This document shows, piece after piece, positions 44,451 through 48,539 of a stretch of 48,539 nucleotides of DNA. Location: NCBI GenBank assembly GCA_031262525.1, contig JAISHM010000013.1, forward strand, positions 1-48,539. The letters run 5' to 3'. Position 1 is the stretch's first letter, and every line of letters starts with the position of its first letter. A program made the position numbers and the translations under genes. This stretch comes from Rickettsiales bacterium (GTDB lineage: Bacteria > Pseudomonadota > Alphaproteobacteria > Rs-D84). The notes beneath the pieces were generated by a model. The model did no database searches and was not told the origin of the DNA. It was given only the letters and a program-made list of their open reading frames with translations.

Positions 44451-46040
44451 ATGGTATATTTTATAAAAAACAATAATTTTATAATTCTAACAACTCCGTC
44501 CCCAAAAACGCATCGAACCGCGGAAGAAAATCTTGGGCTGGGGTATCTCGCCGCGATTTTAAGAAATAATGGTTATAATGTAAAAATTATAGATGGGTGG
44601 TTATCTGGTATGACACCATTTGCACTTGCTGAAAACCTCCTACAAGAACAAACTCCTTTATTCATCGGATTTTCTGCATACCAATCAAATATAGCGCAAG
44701 CAATTGAAACTTTATCTATTATAAAAAAGTCCAAAAATATACCATGTATTGTGGGCGGGTTTGGTCCAACTTTTGCACCAGAACAATTTTTGCAAAACGG
44801 ATTTGATTTTGTAATTCGTGGCGAAGCAGAAGAATCCATTTTGGATTTAGCAAATTATTTCAATATAGAAAGTGACTTATCAAAAATTTCTGGATTGTCA
44901 TACATACAGAATGATAAAATTATAAATAATCCAATAACACCAATAACAATTCAGTTAAATGATTTGCCATATCCCGCACGTGATACGATGCATATGGCGA
45001 TGCAACGCAGAACACCCGTTCATTTATCAACGGCGCGTGGCTGTTCCGGCAGTTGTGCTTTTTGCAGTATTGCATCATTTTTTAGGTTATCAAAAACTTG
45101 CAAATGGCGAGGAGAAGATATTTCGCGAATAATTTCAGAATTGAAATATCTTGAAAATATGGGTGTTAAACACATTAAAATCATAGACGATTCTTTCATA
45201 GATGGCACCCGCAATGAAAATTGGTGTAAAGAATTTGCAGAACAAATCAGAGCAAACAATATAAACATTCATTTCCGTGGTTCTATTCGTGCCGATAAAG
45301 TATCGCCAGATATAATTAAAAACCTTAAAGAATCGGGATTTTTCTCGTTTTCTTGTGGCATAGAAAATTTTGCGACAACTGCATTAAAACGAATGAGCAA
45401 ATCCGCATCTGTTAAGCAGAATAATTATGCACTGAATATTTTTCGCGATAATGATATTTACGTCCAGGCAGGACAGATATTATTTGACCCATATACTACC
45501 ATGTCAGAATTATGGGAAAATTATCATTATATGCAACATTATGATTGGATTATCAGCAAAGGTATTTTTACAGAAATGTTTGCGGCATCTGGCACGCCTT
45601 TTCAGAACAAAATAAGCAAACAAAATGCGTCAGTATCAAAAAATACAAATCTTGGAAATTATTCTTATAAAATTCAAGATAAACAGGCGCAGCAAGTATA
45701 TAATGCTTTGAAATTGTGGCATACCAGCAATATGCGATTATATGACAAAGCAATTGACCCATTGACATCACCAAAAGCATTAACCCCAGATGAAATGAAA
45801 TTATTTTATAATGAATATATGAAAATACATCATAAAGATTTGGAAGTTATGCGAAGTATTTTAGATATAGTTGAGTATGCAGGCAATAATACAGAAGTTA
45901 TGCAATGCGTATCAGATGCACTTGAAAATAGTAAAATTATGTTTGGTCAAATAGAAAGTAATATAGATAACGCATATAAAAAATGTGGCATTATTTATGA
46001 TGCTTGTGTCAATCCTTTTATAAAAGTGGGGCAAAGATGA
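44451..46040 (+). CDS. cobalamin-binding (class B) radical SAM enzyme
   Basis: N-terminal B12-binding Rossmann pattern (NLGLGYLAAILRNNGYNVKIIDGW ... FIGFSAY ... PCIVGGFGPTF ... DFVIRGEAEESILDL). The CxxxCxxC cluster is ARGCSGSCAFCS. Confidence 0.85.
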   Translation: MVYFIKNNNFIILTTPSPKTHRTAEENLGLGYLAAILRNNGYNVKIIDGWLSGMTPFALAENLLQEQTPLFIGFSAYQSNIAQAIETLSIIKKSKNIPCIVGGFGPTFAPEQFLQNGFDFVIRGEAEESILDLANYFNIESDLSKISGLSYIQNDKIINNPITPITIQLNDLPYPARDTMHMAMQRRTPVHLSTARGCSGSCAFCSIASFFRLSKTCKWRGEDISRIISELKYLENMGVKHIKIIDDSFIDGTRNENWCKEFAEQIRANNINIHFRGSIRADKVSPDIIKNLKESGFFSFSCGIENFATTALKRMSKSASVKQNNYALNIFRDNDIYVQAGQILFDPYTTMSELWENYHYMQHYDWIISKGIFTEMFAASGTPFQNKISKQNASVSKNTNLGNYSYKIQDKQAQQVYNALKLWHTSNMRLYDKAIDPLTSPKALTPDEMKLFYNEYMKIHHKDLEVMRSILDIVEYAGNNTEVMQCVSDALENSKIMFGQIESNIDNAYKKCGIIYDACVNPFIKVGQR

Positions 46041-47230
46041 CTTATAATCCATCAGAACATTATATAAAACGTGGTCCGACAAATGAATTTGGGAATGCAC
46101 CAGAAACGCCGTCAAAAATTCGAAATGTCGGTTGGACACTTGGAAATTATTGTCCGCATAAATGTAAACATTGTTATTCGGCATCTGCACGGGCTCGTGG
46201 CGCAAATATGACAATAGAAATAATAGACAGAATAATTGAACAACTCTCAGAGAATAATATAGAAACGGTAAATCTTGGCGGTAATGAACCAATTTTTACA
46301 AATGGAACAAATCCAAACGATTCTTTGCTTCCATATATCATTGAAAAATTATCAGAAAAATATATAGATGTTGGGATTACAACAAGTGGCGACACATTGC
46401 TTTATTTATATAAAAATAAGTATGATATTTTCTATAAAATAAATGATTTTGATATCAGTTTGGACTCGCCATTCAAAGATGAGCATAACAAAAATCGCGG
46501 TGATGATTTATATGATGATGCATTGAAATGCCTAGAAATATGTAAGCAGGAAAATAAACCGCACAGCATAATTATGACGGGTATGAATTGGAATTTTACA
46601 GAACGACATTTAACAGAATTGATGAGATTGTGTAAAGAATATGATGCATTCATCAGAATAAATACTATGAAACCGATGACTTCTGTTCAAATGAAACAAA
46701 CTATGCCGTATCAACAATTTTATGACGGATTTAATTTTCTTATGCAAAATTGCTATACAATTGAAAATGGGGAAACAATTTTGCGTGATTTATCAGACAC
46801 GCAAAATACTAAAAGATGTCCGTGTGGAATATCCAGTTTTCGTATTCATTCTATAACACCAGATGGTAAAATTTTTGTATCGCCTTGTGTTTATATGCAT
46901 GACTATAAATCGTCTTTGGATTTACTGACCAATGATTTATCAGATATTATAAATTCTGATGAATTCAAAGTTTTCAGACAAAGAAATGCAAATCCACAAA
47001 TGATAAAAGGTTGTGAAAATTGTGATAAGGCAAATATCTGTGGCGGTGGTTGCGCCGCACGCGCATATTTGCATAATGCAATAAATACAGGCGAAAAGTC
47101 GTTTTTATGTAAAGACCCGTATTGCCCCAAAGATTATAATTCTGATAAGATAAAAACACTGTATCAAGATTCAGAAAACAGATTGGTTCATATGGATTAT
47201 CTGTGTACTTGGATAGGAAAAGTAAAATGA
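46037..47230 (+). CDS. radical SAM enzyme with a C-terminal SPASM domain
   Basis: CxxxCxxC (GNYCPHKCKHCYS). The SPASM cysteines are CPCGISSF...GKIFVSPC and GCENCDKANICGGGCAARAY. The ATG at 46037 overlaps the upstream stop (ATGA). Confidence 0.85.
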   Translation: MTYNPSEHYIKRGPTNEFGNAPETPSKIRNVGWTLGNYCPHKCKHCYSASARARGANMTIEIIDRIIEQLSENNIETVNLGGNEPIFTNGTNPNDSLLPYIIEKLSEKYIDVGITTSGDTLLYLYKNKYDIFYKINDFDISLDSPFKDEHNKNRGDDLYDDALKCLEICKQENKPHSIIMTGMNWNFTERHLTELMRLCKEYDAFIRINTMKPMTSVQMKQTMPYQQFYDGFNFLMQNCYTIENGETILRDLSDTQNTKRCPCGISSFRIHSITPDGKIFVSPCVYMHDYKSSLDLLTNDLSDIINSDEFKVFRQRNANPQMIKGCENCDKANICGGGCAARAYLHNAINTGEKSFLCKDPYCPKDYNSDKIKTLYQDSENRLVHMDYLCTWIGKVK

Positions 47231-48168
47231 TAGATTACCATTTGCATTATACTGGTTCGTTGCCACATTCGTATGTATTTCATAATTTGACGATACAAAA
47301 ACCAGAATTTTTAGTAAACAATAATATAAATTCTGCTGCTGATTTATCTGTATGGATTAACCGTCAATTTAGTAAAAATTATATTCAAAACAGAGTTGTT
47401 TTTAACAAGATTTATGAATTATTCCAATCTGTTTCTAAACCCAAAGACGAGGCGTCCATTGTTGATACATATAAAAATGGAACTTATGAAATTGCAAACT
47501 GTGTTGCAAACAATGGTATAAAGAAATATGCAATTGTTGCGGGACCTACAACCGAAATAAAGACAACAATTGACCGATATGTTGGTATAATTCATGGTTT
47601 TAAAAAATCCGAAATAAAATACGCGAATATTTTTGGAAAAATTATAATAACTTTTATTCATGGTAATGACGGTAAATTCAAGAACCTATCCGATAAACTA
47701 TTGTGCGATATTTTTGATTGTATTAAAAACGGAACTTTCGCGAACAGAATATTTGGTTTTGATATATCGGGTTATGAATATCCAGATAAAGAATTATTAT
47801 CTGATAATATAAATCTTATAAAAAAAATCATAAATATAAATGATAAATTCGGATTAAATCTTGATATCGGATTACATGCTGGGGAAATTATAACCACCAC
47901 ACAAGATGACAGAAATTATGATGATTATTTTACAGAACTATCAAAATTAAATATAAATACAATTCGTCATGGGACATATTTATGGCATAATAACAAACGC
48001 AATATTTTGCAAAAATTTGCGGGGCGGACAACATTTGATTTATCGTCAAAATCCAGCGTGTTGCTTACACCCGCAAAAACAATACCATTAAATTTATTTA
48101 ATGAACTGGGCATAGATTACAGATTGGGACGTGATGACCCATCAATTCTTAATAATTGGCAAAGATAA
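47227..48168 (+). CDS. adenosine/AMP-deaminase-family metallohydrolase
   Basis: All four family motifs are in order: DYHLHYTGSL (HxH), FGFDISGYE, GLHAGE, IRHGTYL, then GRDDPS. The ATG at 47227 overlaps the upstream stop (ATGA). Confidence 0.75.
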   Translation: MIDYHLHYTGSLPHSYVFHNLTIQKPEFLVNNNINSAADLSVWINRQFSKNYIQNRVVFNKIYELFQSVSKPKDEASIVDTYKNGTYEIANCVANNGIKKYAIVAGPTTEIKTTIDRYVGIIHGFKKSEIKYANIFGKIIITFIHGNDGKFKNLSDKLLCDIFDCIKNGTFANRIFGFDISGYEYPDKELLSDNINLIKKIININDKFGLNLDIGLHAGEIITTTQDDRNYDDYFTELSKLNINTIRHGTYLWHNNKRNILQKFAGRTTFDLSSKSSVLLTPAKTIPLNLFNELGIDYRLGRDDPSILNNWQR

Positions 48169-48169
48169 T

Positions 48170-48539
48170 CTATCTCTTATGCTGAATAATTTCGGATATT
48201 ACAAATTCTGATACATCTTGTTTTGTCATATTTGTAGTATCCAAAATCAACAAACCTTCGCGTTTTGCAATCTGGCGTAATTTCTGATTGAACGGAATTT
48301 GAAATTCTGGTCTTTCCCATGGGGAGCGCTTATCTTTTGTGCGTTCAACCATTCTTTGTTCGCGCTTTTCGTCCGATACATCAAGTAAAATGCCAAAATC
48401 TGGTTTTGATAATCCAGAATAATTTACATGTGTTTCCGAACGCAGCGCGGATTCATTCACATTATTTAAATTGTCCAAAGTATAATTAAAAGCCTCTGTC
48501 GAATACAGATATCGTTCTAAAAATACATTCTTGCCAGAA
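48170..48539 (-). CDS. thymidylate/deoxynucleotide-kinase-like P-loop kinase (5' part beyond the window)
   Basis: The frame is open to the window edge. ...GKNVFLERYLYSTEAF (the DRY..S..AY region) and KPDFGILLDVSDEKREQRM (the PD..i.LD...e....R region) are present. The P-loop itself is not inside the window. Confidence 0.55.
   Translation of the reverse strand, partial: SGKNVFLERYLYSTEAFNYTLDNLNNVNESALRSETHVNYSGLSKPDFGILLDVSDEKREQRMVERTKDKRSPWERPEFQIPFNQKLRQIAKREGLLILDTTNMTKQDVSEFVISEIIQHKR

Noticed and set aside
44451-47230. RiPP maturase interpretation of the B12-rSAM + SPASM-rSAM pair
   Set aside because: No small precursor ORF fits between or beside the genes, which overlap or are separated by promoter DNA only. 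All the other neighbours are nucleotide-metabolising enzymes. This cannot be fully excluded, because the right flank is cut by the window edge.
44451-48168. Futalosine-pathway menaquinone genes (MqnC/MqnE radical SAMs + aminofutalosine deaminase)
   Set aside because: MqnC and MqnE, as I know them, lack both an N-terminal cobalamin-binding domain and a SPASM domain, whereas both are evident here. No mqnA, mqnB or mqnD-like genes are present.

Overview
No similarity searches were run. All calls rest on motifs read from the supplied translations and on patterns read directly in the DNA. The window looks like an AT-rich proteobacterial chromosome, probably an alphaproteobacterium with a reduced, host-associated genome. 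That guess is an inference from the uppS-cdsA-rseP-bamA neighbourhood, the long-tailed L28, the DnaB insertions and a CTTG-N18-CTATATAT RpoH-type promoter.

Layout:
- 1-9.7 kb: an integrase-associated composite island. It carries an iteron-like repeat array, two AlpA/Xis-like genes, a Bro-N/RhuM gene coupled to a nucleotidyl-cyclase-like gene, and a P4-type integrase. A 4.8-kb cargo module follows, bounded by about 34-bp direct repeats (KilA-N + DHH phosphoesterase, cytoplasmic class-A beta-lactamase-like protein, AAA ATPase with a nuclease-like tail + papain-like protein).
- 9.7-34 kb: core genes. These are GNAT, type-2 ileS, csp, tRNA-Thr, ackA, an M48/TPR protease, an N-domain-less clpB, rpmB, tRNA-Leu, pduO-type adenosyltransferase + class II RNR, rplU-rpmA, ispA-rseP-cdsA-uppS and bamA. 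An orphan VirB7/VirB8-like lipoprotein operon ending in yraN follows bamA.
- 34.3-37.7 kb: a decayed podovirus-like prophage remnant (amidoligase, Bbp19-like, portal, 5'-truncated terminase) abutting dnaB.
- 39.4-41.1 kb: a double-HTH regulator and a hypothetical gene.
- 41.2-48.5 kb: visibly more AT-rich accessory DNA on both sides of tRNA-Arg(UCU), with a MuF-like/GH24 lysozyme fusion on the left.

The most interesting candidate lies right of that tRNA. It is a compact cluster of HD phosphohydrolase, pyrophosphatase-like protein, cobalamin-binding radical SAM, SPASM radical SAM, adenosine-deaminase-like hydrolase and a dNMP/TMP-kinase-like gene, with no precursor-peptide ORF. I interpret it as an undescribed nucleoside/nucleotide-analogue pathway, comparable to OxsA/OxsB or viperin, and possibly antiviral.

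A second notable signal is a 9-codon leader ORF ending in four Ile codons (MKTNNIIII), followed by an intrinsic terminator directly upstream of ileS.
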